Shown: in pieces, positions 24,921-37,166 of the stretch | Layout of the letters: every line of letters begins with the position of its first letter | Position numbering within the stretch: position 1 is the stretch's first letter | Translations under genes and position numbers: made by a program | Assembly (NCBI GenBank): GCA_038087875.1 | Contig: CM075988.1 | Coordinates: forward strand, 23,996,001-24,060,000 | Source: Malacoraja senta | Lineage: Eukaryota | Direction of reading: 5' to 3' | Length of the DNA stretch: 64,000 nucleotides | Notes under the pieces: generated by a model | What the model saw: the letters and a program-made list of their open reading frames with translations, nothing else | Told to the model about the DNA's origin: nothing | The model's database searches: none

Positions 24921-25117
24921 GGTTAAACATCACTTAAACATCACTATAGTATCTGCCTCCACCACCAACCCTGGCAATACTTTCCTGGCCCCCACCCGAC
25001 CCGAAACGTCGCCCATTCCTTCTCTCCAGAGATGCTGCCTCACCCGCTGAGTTACTCCGGCATTTAATGAATTTCACTGTACCTCGGAACATGTGACATC
25101 AAAATACGTTTTGAACA

Positions 25118-25545
25118 GGCTTGTCTTGGCCGAAAAACCAGACCAATTTTTCAAGACATGGACACCCTTCACCGAATTCTTACAAGGGATAGTATGGCGC
25201 AACCCAAATCTACATTTAAATCCGATCCGGGCTGGGTGAGGTGGGCGGGTGGGGGGGGGGGGGGGACGAGGGCAGGTATATCTCCACTTTCCTTTTTTAT
25301 TTTTTTATTTTATCTCTACTTTCTTTTCGGCCCCGCTGCTTTGGTAGTCCAGGGGTCTTTTCTATGTGCTTTTTCGAGCTATCTTATCACCTCTCACTTT
25401 TTCCCTCTCTTTCTTCTTTTCTTTCATTTTCAGGTTATAAAGTTAAAAATGAGGCTGTACAATAATTGTATAATTTTAGATGCCGAATGTTTTGTCTTTG
25501 TACAATTGCTTCTAATAAAAATTTTTTTTTTAAATTAAAAAAAAT
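25118..25545 (+). mobile_element. L1-clade LINE 3' end
   Basis: KPDQFFKTWTPFTEFLQ resembles the fish L1 ORF2 C-terminal F-x-K-x-W-x-P-F motif, followed by a G-rich then T-rich UTR, AATAAA and an A-rich tail. Confidence 0.55.
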
Positions 25546-26411
25546 ACCATTGAACCATTAAATCCCCTAACCATCTCAGGCTGCTCCTTGGGATTACTTA
25601 TTGCGCTAAAGCTGCAAAGCGCGTACGGTACTACGTTCCCGTGAAGTGCTGCGCTTTGGCGGGGAACCCTATGCCGCTGTATTTGTTTAGAGAACGTCCC
25701 CATTCTTCCCGTGGGCTGCTCAATATTTCTGCACAAAGATAGTGTTGGAGCAGCCAAGTGGGGCTGGCTCAACAAACAAGGTGTCGGGAGGCCGCATGCA
25801 CTCACTGAATCACGCCCAATGTGTTGAACTCAGCAGAAAACAGCAAACTCACAAAGCAGTTCAATGAAAAAAAACCTTTGAACTGAAAGTTCTGCATGAG
25901 GAGGAAAAATAAGCAGAGGGACTCAGGGATATTGCAATAAGATTTTAACGGCGTTAATTTAATGTGCCAACTTCATCATAAGGAGGAAGAGACCCAAGTC
26001 TGGTGGCAGAGGGATTAAGATGCAGAGATATTTCAAGGCAGATTGAGAAAGATAGGTAGAATAATTAATAGATTTTAAGAGATATAAAAATAGAGGCAAG
26101 GAAAGAAAGATAGCATCTGAAAGAGATGGATATATAATCACAGGGAACTTGACAGGGTGATAGATGGGATAGATAAATGGATATTAAAAGATAGGAAGTG
26201 AGAACTCATTAACTTTGTAAACACTGAGCCTTTGGGAGTCGTAACAGTTTTCATGCTGATATCAAGACCAAAGTAGTCCTTGGTCCCTTGGGTAGAGCCA
26301 GGAGCAGCATGGACTCGGTGCAGAAAGGGGGTCCGAGCATGGTGTTCTGCGTTCAGCCAGCAACCAGCCGGTATCCTGAAGCCCACTGATGCTCAAACAT
26401 TGCCTAAATCA

Positions 26412-26695
26412 TAGTTTAGTTTAGTTTAGAGAAACAGCGTGGAAACAGGCCCTTTCAGGCCACCAGGTCTGCGCCGACCAGCGATCCCCGTCTATACCCA
26501 CCCAGGGACAATGTTTACATTTACCAAAGCCAATTAACCTACATACCTGTACGTCTCGGAGAAAACCCACCCGGTCACGGGGAGAACGCGCAAACTCCGT
26601 ACAGACAGCGCCCGTAGTCAGGATCGAACCCGGGTCTCTGGCGCTGCATTCGCTGTAAGGCAGCAGCGACTCTACCGCTGCGTCACCGTGCCGCC
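26412..26695 (-). mobile_element. HE1-type V-SINE
   Basis: Consensus match with an internal deletion. Confidence 0.85.
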
Positions 26696-27487
26696 TGGAC
26701 TTCAGAATGGACTTCAGCTGGGTTGCTGAGAAAATGAGCCAACCTCTGCCTTCTAGCGTTACACTCCCCTTCCCTGGGGTACAGACTCTGACAACTCTTC
26801 TGATTTATGCCCCTCATTGTTTTATAAATCCCTCAGCCTCATCAGTTCCAGGGAAGAAAAGACTCAACCTATAGCAGTCTCTCCTTGTAACTCAACCCTC
26901 CCAGAGCTGGGAACCTCCTGATAATTTTTTCTCTCCACTGCTTCCAGTTTAATGACATCCTTTCTACAACCGGTGTACGTCAACTGTCCACGACACCCCA
27001 AGCTTGGCCGCACCAACGCTTTGTACAATGGGAAGAGGATTCCCAACTCCTGCATTCACTTCACTACAAGTGTGCCAAACACCTTCTCCACCACCCTGTC
27101 TACCTGTGTTGGCACTTCCAAAAAGTTCATGTTGTCGGGGCTGAATTAGGCCATTCGGCCCACAAGTCTATTCTACCATTCAATCATGGCTGATCTATCT
27201 TTCCCTCTCAAACCCATTCTCCTGCCTTTTCCCCCTAACCCCTGACAGCCGCACTAATACAAGAATCTATCTGTTTCTGCCTTAAAAAACATCCATTGAC
27301 TTAACCTCCACAGCCGTCAATGAATTCTACAGATTCACCACACTAAAGAAATTCCCCCTTTCTAAAGGTATGTCCTTTCATTCTGAGGCTATGGTATTAG
27401 TCCCACTAGTACCACTTTCAAGGAAGGAGGGACCTGCACTCCTAGATCTCTCTGTTCGACAAAGGAGGCCCAAAGCCCTACCATTTA

Positions 27488-27851
27488 GATTGTTAAGGGT
27501 TTGGACACGCTAGAGGCAGGAAACATGTTCCCGATGTTGGGGGAGTCCAGAACCAGGGGCCACGGTTTAAGAATAAGGAGTAAGCCATTTAGAATGGAGA
27601 CGAGGAAACATTTTTTTCTCACTGAGAGTGGTGAGTCTGTGGAATTCTCTGCCTCAGAGGGCGGTGGAGGCAGGTTCTCTGGATGCTTTCAAGAGAGAGC
27701 TAGATAGGGCTCTTAAAAAATAGCGGAGTCAGGGGATATGGGGAGAAGGCAGGAACGGGGTACTGATTGGGGATGATCAGCCATGATCACATTGAATGGC
27801 GGTGCTGGCTCGAAGGGCCGAATGGCCTACTCCTGCGTCTATTGTCTATTG
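27488..27851 (+). mobile_element. CR1/HER1 3' fragment within older CR1 debris (26765-28170)
   Basis: KGLDTLEAGNMFPMLGESRTRGH... plus tail. Confidence 0.85.
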
Positions 27852-28183
27852 CCATTTACTGCATAAACAAAACACAAATTGCTTGAGGAACCCAGCGGGC
27901 CAGGCAACATCTGGGGAGGGAAAGGACACACGATGTTTTGGGTCAGGACCCTTCTTGTAAGTCCTGCCCTGGGCTGTCTTACCAAAATTCAGCAGAGTGC
28001 ATTAATCAGAATTAAACACCACTGACAACTTCTCAGTACAACGGCCCAGTTGATCAAGATACCATTGTAATCGCTGTCCATTTTACTACCAATTATATCG
28101 CCATCATCAAACTGATGCACCATGCCACCTATGTTTACATCCAAATCATTAAGCCGGCACTGGTCCCTGGGCACAATACGTTA

Positions 28184-28343
28184 AGGGCCTGTCCTGCCAT
28201 GTTGCGGGGTGACCTCCTCTATGGTGGTGAGTAGTCGCCCAAAGAGTCGGATTTTCAACATGTTGAACATTTTCGGCGACCTGCTGCGACTATGACGGGT
28301 GCCGGCAAGTCGCCGAAAAAGTCGCGTAAGTAGGACAGGCCCT
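28184..28343. mobile_element. Harbinger-like MITE subfamily B
   Basis: TIRs agggcctgtcct / aggacaggccct and internal ttttcaacatgttgaa. Confidence 0.7.
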
Positions 28344-28597
28344 TCACATGCCTCAGGTCCGGAAACCAACACTCCTGCAACATCCTCAGTCTCCCACTTT
28401 AAACAAGGGTCTCGATCCGAGACGTCGCCTATCCGTGTTCTCCTGAGATGCTGCCCGGCCAACTGGGCTACTCCAGCACTTGTGTCCTCCGTGATTCGGT
28501 AGCTTGTGTCAGGCTGGAGTAACTCAGCAGGTCAGGCAGCATCTCTGGAGAAAAAAGGATGGGTGATATGTCGGGTCGGGATCCTTCTTCAGACTAA

Positions 28598-29061
28598 AGG
28601 GCCTGTCCCACGGGCATGCGACTCCATGCGGCAAGCGCGACCTAACCGCAATCGGGGGCCGCGCGGAGGTCGTGTGATCCCCGTACAGGGCCGGTCCCAC
28701 CAGCATGCGGCTGCATGCGGCAAGCGCTACCAAATCGGAAGCGGGGGCCGCGCGGAGGTCGAGTGCCGTCAAGACGTTGCGTACGGCGACGAGGCGGTGC
28801 GCACGGCCTCGATGGGGCTACGTCCGGCGGCAAGGCGGTGCGCATGGCCTCGATGTGGCTGCGGGCCGGCAGGCCGTTGCCGCAGGGAATTTTTGAACGG
28901 TGTCAGTTTTTCGGAGCCAGGCGCGATGTCGGGACCAGCTCCGCACAACTCCATGCGGCTCCCGCGATCGAAGTGGGACCGGCCCCGCGACCTCCGCGCG
29001 GCCCCCGCTTGGGGTTAGGTGTGCTTGCCGCATGGAGTCGCATGCCCGTGGGACAGGCCCT
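28598..29061. mobile_element. GC-rich Harbinger-like MITE subfamily D with long TIRs
   Basis: agggcctgtcccacgggcatgcgactccatgcggcaagc / gcttgccgcatggagtcgcatgcccgtgggacaggccct, flanks TAA / TTA. Confidence 0.85.
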
Positions 29062-29276
29062 TTAGTACTCAGCTGTATTTGGCCAGTTCTTGGTCGATGC
29101 TGAGTCAATAGTCGACGTGAAGTTTAGTTAATACTCTGCATGCAGTCACGAAAACAGCTTCTCACTGTACACAATAAACGGAACTGAACAACACTGTACA
29201 GTGTGTGGTTAGTACTTGGTCAGACGATGGTGGGCTCTGGTCGAGTGCTCTTGACCGCTGCCCAGCCAGTACTCAC

Positions 29277-29424
29277 AGGTCATTGTCCGTGTCCGCCCGA
29301 TTCTTCTGCTGGCGCCGGTAGATGAAGAAAATGGTCACTATGGCGCTGATGATGATCACTGCGGCAATAATTCCACCCAGAATTCCTATCACACTTCCAG
29401 GGGCTCCCCGGGGCAGTGGCTTAT
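29277..29424 (-). CDS. NECTIN1: Nectin-1 beta-type transmembrane exon (148 nt, phase 1 to phase 2): (D)KPLPRGAPGSVIGILGGIIAAVIIISAIVTIFFIYRRQQKNRADTDND(L)
   Basis: Minus strand has acceptor tttgctttctttttgcag| and donor |gtgagt. The frame is open, with a ~24-aa hydrophobic helix followed by basic stop-transfer residues. It resembles human nectin-1beta KPRPQ...TVFFLYNRQQKSPPETD (from memory). The phase-1 start is as expected after an Ig-domain exon. Confidence 0.88.
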
Positions 29425-29929
29425 CTGCAAAAAGAAAGCAAAGCAAATGCGCATTTATTTAATTGCTTGACTCCAAAAGAGTTCCAAAAAACAACTAGAG
29501 ATTGTGCCCTCGAACATCCAGGAGGCAAAGGAGGGCAAGAGGAATAGAAGACGGTGTCTATGGGTGATCTGATGTAGGAGGGACAGCATAGGTCCATTGG
29601 GCTGAATGGCCTCTGGGCTGTGGATTTGAGCTGAATCTATGTTTAAGTTGGAACTGCAGATGCTGGAAAAGTCGAAGGTAGACAAAAATGCTGGAGAAAC
29701 TCAGTGGGTGAGGCTCCATAGATGCTGCCTCACCCGCTGAGTTTCTCCAGCATTTTTGTCCACCTTTGAGCTGAATCTATGTATTGCCACTTTCTGGAGC
29801 ATTCACTTCCTTGAATCTCCATTGAATGGTCTGGAGCAGTCTTTGACTGAACGCTCCTTTCTTATCTCCTCCTCATCTCAAGCTGTTAACTCCTTGAGAG
29901 AACTTCAGACACAATGGTCTATCACCCAA

Positions 29930-30520
29930 GGACACAAAGTGCTGGAGTAACTCGGCAGCTCAGGCATCATCTCCGTGTCAGGGCACTCCCTCCCCCGCCT
30001 CCAATAATCAGTCTGAAGAAAGGTCCCGACCCGCCACTGTAAGCTGTTTGTTGGGTGAAAACGAGAAGCTGGTGCGACTTGGGTGGGGAAGGGATGGAGA
30101 GAGAGGGAATGCCGGGGTTACCTGAAGTGAGAGCAATCAACATCATATCACTGGGCTGTAAGCTGACCAAGCAAAATATGAGATGCTGTTCCTCCAATTT
30201 ACATTTAGCCTCATTCTGACAATGGAGGAGATCGAGGACAGAAAGGTCTGTGTGGGAATGGGAAGGAGAATTGAAGTGTCCAGCAACCGGGAGATCAGAT
30301 AGGTTTAGGCGGACTGAGCGAAGTGAGGCTAATGTTATCTCTCTACATCATTGTCTATATCTCTCGTTTTCCTTATTCCCCAACCAGTCTGAAGAAGGGT
30401 CTCGACCCGAAACGTCACCCATTCCTTCTCTCCAGTGACGCTGCCTGTCCCGCTGAGTTACTCCAGCTTTTTGTGTCAATCTTCGGTTTAAACCAGATTC
30501 TGCAGTTCCTTCCGACATAC
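29930..30520. mobile_element. Penelope-like element 3' ORF end (minus) plus terminal repeats in both orientations
   Basis: Minus strand KLEEQHLIFCLVSLQPSD resembles the Penelope GIY-YIG C-terminus. Hammerhead-like motif at 30387-30418. Confidence 0.8.
30387..30418 (+). ncRNA. Minimal type-I hammerhead ribozyme motif in a Penelope terminal repeat (representative copy)
   Basis: GU-CUGAAGA-A-GGGUC-UC-GACCC-GAAAC-GUC-AC has the CUGAnGA and GAAA core, stem II, a loop-less stem III and a GUC cleavage triplet. Stem I is only about 2 bp. Confidence 0.6.
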
Positions 30521-30824
30521 TTTCAATGCTACACATAAACCTCATCAATTATAAACACTATTACATTCCTCTCTCCCCAACCTAACAAATATATTCAGAT
30601 TCACTGGAGATCACTTGTTGTCTAAAGTCCACTTGAGGCAGGAGAGGAATTTCTGATGTGCCCAAATAACCCTGCATCAGCAGTTGGCCCTGTGTTCCTT
30701 CATCAGCAGGTGTGTCAAGCAACAGAGGATGATTGAGAGCATCTGTTTTCCAAGGTGTTCTCCAGCTTTGAGAGCAAAGGTATATTCAAACGCTGTCATG
30801 GTCAAAGCCCATCTTTCAACTCCT

Positions 30825-31110
30825 TTAGACTTCAGAGGTACAGCGTGGAAACAGGCCCCTCGGCTGACCGAGTCCGGGCAGAACAGCGATCAACTCTTAC
30901 ACCAGCACTATCCCACACACACTAGGGACAATTTACAATTTTAGCGAAGCCAATTAACCTACAAACCTGTACGTCTTTGGAGTGTGGGAGGAATCCGGAG
31001 ATCCCGGAGAAAAGCCAGGGAGAGCGTACAGAGAGCACCGGTAGTCAGGATCGAACCCGGGTCTCTGGTGCTGTGAGGTAGCAACACTACCGCTGCGCCA
31101 CCGTGCCGCA
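30825..31110 (-). mobile_element. HE1-type V-SINE
   Basis: Consensus match. Confidence 0.8.
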
Positions 31111-31975
31111 CTGTAAGCTCAGTAGACTATTGCTGTACCATTGCTAATCGGGGCTGTCGTGGCGATACTCTACTGGACAGCTTGTAAAGAAAGGATTCCA
31201 GTGTGCGTTTGCACGTGGGGATAAAGCGCCATGGAAGCGTTGATTTAAGTTCCACAGTTCAGCTGCATTCTGAGCCGTTCATGATGTTAATTATTCTTGT
31301 CCATAACTTAAACCTTTGCACGATCTCTCTTAGCTTTCCGTTTAAGTGCTTCTTCAACAAATCCACCAATTGCTTATTTTTTTATTACTGCGTTTACCAA
31401 GGCTCATCAGCTTTCTCATTAAATTATGTCGGGCTCCCAACACCAATTAGGAAAGAACTCGGTCTCTTTTCAACACTGGTGTAATTTGCAGCACAGAAAT
31501 GTGACAATGGCTTGCCCTACTCCTTCCCGACCTGGGTTCCGGGAATCAGATGCCGCAGTTGAGTCTATTTTAGTGCACATTTTCTTTTCTTACATATTTT
31601 GAAAACAGCCAACAATGGACCATTGTGGGCTCCACCTTTCCATGGTCATCGGTGCCGGCTCTGATTTGTCCTGAACCCTTTCAAACCTCTAGTCTCTCTA
31701 TCTCTCTCTCCCCTGACTCTCCGTCTGAAGAAGGGTCTCGACCCGAAACATCAGCCATTCCTTCTCTCCAGGGTTGCTGCCTGTCCCGCTGAGTTACTCC
31801 AGCACTTTGTGTCTATCTTTGATGTAGACCAGCATCTGCAGTTCTTCCAAACACATTAGAATCTCCTTCTATTCCCATATGTTTGTTAAAGTGAGATTAT
31901 CTTTGGTCCTACCTAATTTTGAGAATAATTCCAAGGTGTTATATCTTAAAATACAAACAATAATGACCAAAGAAG

Positions 31976-32490
31976 GGCGGCGCGGTGACGCAGCGGTAGA
32001 GTTGCTGCCTCACAGCGCCAGACACCCGGGTTCCATCCTGTCTACGGGCGCTGTCTGTACGGAGTTTGTACGTTCTCCCCGTGACCTGCGTGGGTTTTCC
32101 CCGAGATCTTCGGTTTCCTCCCACACTCCAAAGACGTGCAGGGTTGTAGGTGAATTGGCTTGGTATAAATTGTATATTGTCCCCACTGTGTGTAGGATAG
32201 TGTTAATGTGAGGTGATCGCTGGTCGGCACGGGCTTGATGGGCTGAAGGGCCTGGTGCTGCGTTGTAGCTCTAAACTAAACTAAACTATCCCACACACAC
32301 TAGGGACAATTTTACAATGATACCAAGCCAATTAGCCTGCAAACCTCTACGTCTTTGGGGTGTGAGAGGAAACCGGAGCACCCAGAGAAAACCCACGCAG
32401 GTCACGGGGAGAACTGCACCCATACTGGATCGAACCCGGATCTCTGGCGCTGTGAGGCAGCAACTCTACCGCTGCGCCACTGTGCCACCC
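31976..32490. mobile_element. Tail-to-tail pair of V-SINEs (31976-32287 +, 32288-32490 -)
   Basis: A full plus-strand copy with (ctaaa)n tail directly abuts a minus-strand copy. Confidence 0.85.
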
Positions 32491-33098
32491 TAGGACTTCA
32501 GAAACCAGAAAGTCTGCTCATGTCTATCAAAACATCCTTACGGGATGGCATCTGCCAAAGAGTAACGAAAGGCACAAGCTAAGCCTCTGAAAGCACTCTG
32601 ACCCCTCCCCCTCCCCTCCCCCCACTATCTTGGAGGAGAGTATCTATGTCCATTCCCCAATGTGTACGCGTTTTTTCTGATTATGACTGTGATTACATGC
32701 GCCTGTGTGGTTCTTTGTCCAGGTGTCACGGCACGCGCCAGTCATTCATGCGCATGCAGCTGCATGTGTGGGAAGTAGTTGCAACTGCATGTGTGTAGAG
32801 CATTACTGCACTGTGTCTGTATGCATGAAGACGTGTTTATGCACATGGTGTAAATGTGCATCAGTGTTTGTGTGTAAATTATGTGTGCAGGCATATGTGC
32901 AGTGCAAACGGCTACATTTATACATGAGAGTATATGAGTGTATGGATTCAAGTGTTTACATGAGATATGTGTACATGTGACATTTCACATACGTGTGTAA
33001 GTATGTGTACATGTTTGTGTTGGCAGTGTATTTATATATGAGTGTATGTACATCCATTTGCATGTGCATATGTTCTTTGGTTCTAGGAAAAGAATGAG

Positions 33099-33620
33099 GA
33101 CAATAGACAATAGGTGCAGGAGTAGGCCATTCGGCCCTTCGAGCCAGCACCGCCATTCAATGTGATCATGGCTGATCATCCCCAATCAGTACCCCGTTCC
33201 TGCCTCCTCCCCATATCCCCTGACTCTGCTGTTTTTAAGAGCCCTATCCAGCTCTCTCTTGAAAGTATCCAGAGAACCTGCCTCCACCCCCCTCTGAGGC
33301 AGAGAATTCCACAGACATTCAACCCATCAAGTCTACCCCACCATTCAATCATGGCTGATCTATCTTTCCCTCAACACCATTCTCCTGCCTTCTCCCCATT
33401 ACCCCTGACACCTGTACTGATCAAGAATCCATCTATCTCTGCCTTAAAGATAACCATTGACTTGGCTTCCACAGCCTTCTGTGGCGATGAATTCCACAGA
33501 TTCACCACCCTCTTAGACTAAAGAAATTATTCCTCATCTCCTTCCTAAAGGAACGTCCTTTTATTTTGAGGCTATGACCTCTGGTCCTGGACGCTCCCAC
33601 TAGTGGAAGCATCCTCTCCA
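33099..33620 (-). mobile_element. Two CR1/HER1 3' fragments inserted in a degenerate TG-rich tract
   Basis: Tail and NSLP motifs on the minus strand. Confidence 0.8.
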
Positions 33621-33795
33621 TGTGCATGTTTTATTGTGTAGCTTTGTTTGTGTACACAAGTACGTGTCAGTTTCCCCTTGTGTGCATATCCGCAGTGTGC
33701 ATCAGTGTTCAAGTTTGGAATAAGGGTGATCTCTGGGAAGTACAGTACATGATGAACCGACATGGTGGCTTGCCGTGTGGGACTGCCCGCCCCCT

Positions 33796-35090
33796 GTTTA
33801 GTTTAGTTTAGTTTAGTTCAGAGATACAGCACAGAAACAGGCCCTTCGGCCCACCGAGTCCATGCCGACCAGCGACCCCCACACCTTAACACTACCCTAT
33901 ACACACTGGGGACAATTTACCATTATACCAAACCAATTAACCTACCAACCTGGAGTGTGGGAGGAAACCGAAGATCTCAGAGAAAACCCACGCAGGTCAC
34001 GGAGAGAGCGTACAAACTCCGTACAGACAAGCCCCCGTGGTCAGGATCGATCCCGGGTCTCTGGCGCTGTGAGGCAGCAAACTCTACCGCTGCGCCAACG
34101 TGCCGGCCCTTTTGTACCGATCACAGTGTGGGCCATGAGAGAGGTGAGGACACTCGGAAGTTGCATCACGAGCTCCAAGAACTCGATTTCACGGGTCAGT
34201 GAAAGAAATCATCGTTTTAATAGCCACACAGCTGAGCTCTTTTTTAATTGGAACAAGTCAGAGACAAGGACGGTCAGCGTCTGGATGAAACTTATTTCTT
34301 TTGTAAAGACCATTAAGGTACTGTAATCTAATTCAATTAATGTCAGGCTGTGGCCAGTGCCAAGTCTAAAATGTAACGTGTAATTGAATCGGTTAAACTC
34401 CGCTGTGACCAGGTGGAGTCTTGATACTCCTGGCATCTTCCTTGTGATCTGACCGCCACCGTTCCCTGTGGTGAAGATCCACACAGCTCCATCACAATAC
34501 ACACGTGCGCACAGGGCGGTCACGGTGGCGCAGCGGTAGAGTTGCTGCCTTACAGCGCTTGCAGCTCCAGACACCAGGGTTTGATCCCGACCACAGGTGC
34601 TGTCTGTACGGAGTTTGTCCGTTCGTCCCGTGACCTGCGTGGGTTTTCTCCGAGATCTTCGATTTCCTCCCACACTCCAAAGACGTGCAGATTTGTAGGG
34701 TTAATTGGCTTGGGTTTGTATACTTGGTATAAGTGTAAATTGTCTCCAGTGTGTGTAGGCTTGTGTTAGTGTGCGGGGATCGCTGGTCGGTGCGGACTCG
34801 GTGGGCCAAAGGCCTGTTTCCGTGCTGTATCTCGAAAACTAAACTGAAACAAACATTGAACTTCACCTTAACTCCATCCACGCAATTTACCACTCGTTTT
34901 ATGGTGTATGAAACAGGCCCTTCAGCCCACCGAGTCCATGCCGACCACCAATCATGCTAGTTCCACATCCTACTCACCAGGGGCAATTTACAGAAGCCAA
35001 TTGACCCACAAACCCGCACGTCTTTAGGATGTGGGTGGAAACCGGAGCACCCGGAGGAAACCCACGCGGTCACTGAGAGAACATGCAACT
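33796..35090. mobile_element. Three V-SINEs (33796-34105 -, 34514-34850 +, 34905-35090 - partial)
   Basis: Consensus matches. Confidence 0.85.
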
Positions 35091-35243
35091 TTTCACTCAA
35101 TTCCTTCTAAGTATTTACAAATATTTTTTCTGATACTTGACACCTGTGTGATACTCAGCACTTGCCCGCAAATGTTGCACATTCCCATCCACAGTGACCC
35201 TGGAGCGCTACTTTTCACATTGACCGACCGGTTAGGGCGTATA

Positions 35244-35650
35244 TTCACTGGAATTTAGAAGGATAAGAGGCAACCTTTTAGAAACATATAAAATTCTTAA
35301 GTGAATGGACAGGCTAGATGCAAGAAAAACGTTCCCGATGTTGGGAGAGTCCAGAACCAGGGGCCACAGTTTAAGAATAAAGGGTGGGCCATTTAGGACT
35401 GAGATGAGGAAAAACGTTTCCACCCAGAGAGTTGTGAATCTGCGGAATTCTCTGCCACAGAAGGCAGTGGAGGCCAATTCACTGGATGTTTTCAAGAGAG
35501 AGTTAGATTTAGCTCTTAGGGCAAACGGAATCAAGGGATATGGGGAGAAGGCAGGAACGGAGTACTGATTTTGGATGATCAGCCATGATCATATTGAATG
35601 GCGGTGCTGGCTCGAAGGGCCGAATGGCCTACTCCTGCACCTATTGTCTC
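35244..35650 (+). mobile_element. CR1/HER1 3' fragment
   Basis: DRLDARKTFPMLGESRTRGHSLRI...GYGEKAGTEY*. Confidence 0.85.
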
Positions 35651-37166
35651 TGTTAGTGCTGATTGTGCATCAGTGTGATTCTCAGCCAGGAGTTCCATGA
35701 TAAACACCAGCAGAGTGAATGTGCATCTCCACTGCACTAACCCACTTCCAGAATCTGCGTGGGGCCTAGTGAAGTTGATATTGTGCCAACTCGTAGATAG
35801 ACCTCTGCTCAGCATTGCCCAAACATTGTACAGCACTGTTGAAGCACGGTGGGAGGTAGATGTTTAATGCACTGTCCTCCTGTTCACTTTCACTGCCTGT
35901 ACAACTCGTTATCACCTTTCCCCCACAGCCAACAATGGACCATTGTGGGCTCCATCTTTCCATGATCATCGTTGCTTTTTGCACATCTTTCATTCATTTG
36001 TTCTCTGCACCTTCCACATCTCTCGTTCCCCTCTCCACTGACTCTCAGTCTGAAGAAGGGTCTCGACCCGAAACGTCACCTATTCCTTTTCGCCAGAGAT
36101 GGTGCCTGATCCAGCTTTTTTGTGTCTATTTTAGATGTTTAATCCATTAATCTAGATTTCCCTGGCTGATAAAAGGTGTAGGGGGGTGGGGTCAGTATGT
36201 GGATCACACTGTGTGACTAACTCATCCATTCAAGGTCTTAATTATGCTCAGACACACATATGCATGTGCATAAACGAGTTGCAATCACTCACATACATAA
36301 GTTCTAGGAGCTGAAATAGGCCATTTGGCCCATCAGATCTACTCCACCATTCAATCATGGCTGATCTATCGTTCCCTCCCAGCCCCAGTCTGCCTTCTCC
36401 CCACAACCCCCGACACCCTTACTAATCAAGAATCTGTCAATCTCCGCATTAAACATATCCACAGCCTTCTGTGGCAATGAATTCCACACATTTACCACCC
36501 ACTGACTAAAGACATTCCTCCTTCTTAAAGGAATGTTCCATTATTCTGAGTTTATGGCGTCTGGTCCAAGACTCTCCCACTAGTAGAAACATCCCCTCCA
36601 CATCCACTCTATCCAGGTCTTTCACTATTCAGTGAATTTCAACGAGGTCCCCCCTCATCCCTCTAAACTCCAGTGAGGAGAGGCCCAGTGCCTTCAAATG
36701 CTCATCATACATTAACCCAATCATTCCTCGGATCATTCTCGTAAACCTCCCAACGCCAGCACATCCTTCCTCAGATACTATATGGGGCCCAAAACTGCTC
36801 ACAATCGAAAAAGACCAAAAAAGCTGGAGTAACTCAGCGGGTCAGGCAGCATCTCTGGAGAGAAGGAATGGGTGACGTTTCGGGTCGAGCCATTTCTTCA
36901 GACCCGAAACGTCTCCCATTCTTGACCCGAAACGTCGTCCATTCCTTCTCTCCAGAGATGCTGCCTGTCCCGCTGAGTTACTGCAGCATTTTGTGTCTAT
37001 CTTCGGAGTAAACCAGTGTCCGCAGTTCCTTCCTACACTGCTCACAATCCACATGCAGCAACTTGTGAACGGAAGGCCTTGCACATGGAGTGGTGCCCTT
37101 GACCATACTACACACCTGCTCATGTACGCACAACCCAAGATGGAAATTATATGGGACCTTATGTGT

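Noticed and set aside
28506..29108. Cluster of GC-rich ORFs on both strands (also 40841-41544 and 61400-61949)
   Set aside because: Stop-poor GC-rich MITE or repeat interiors with no domain motifs.
31976..32050. tRNA genes at SINE heads (A-box and B-box)
   Set aside because: Each continues into the V-SINE body. They are tRNA-derived SINE promoters.
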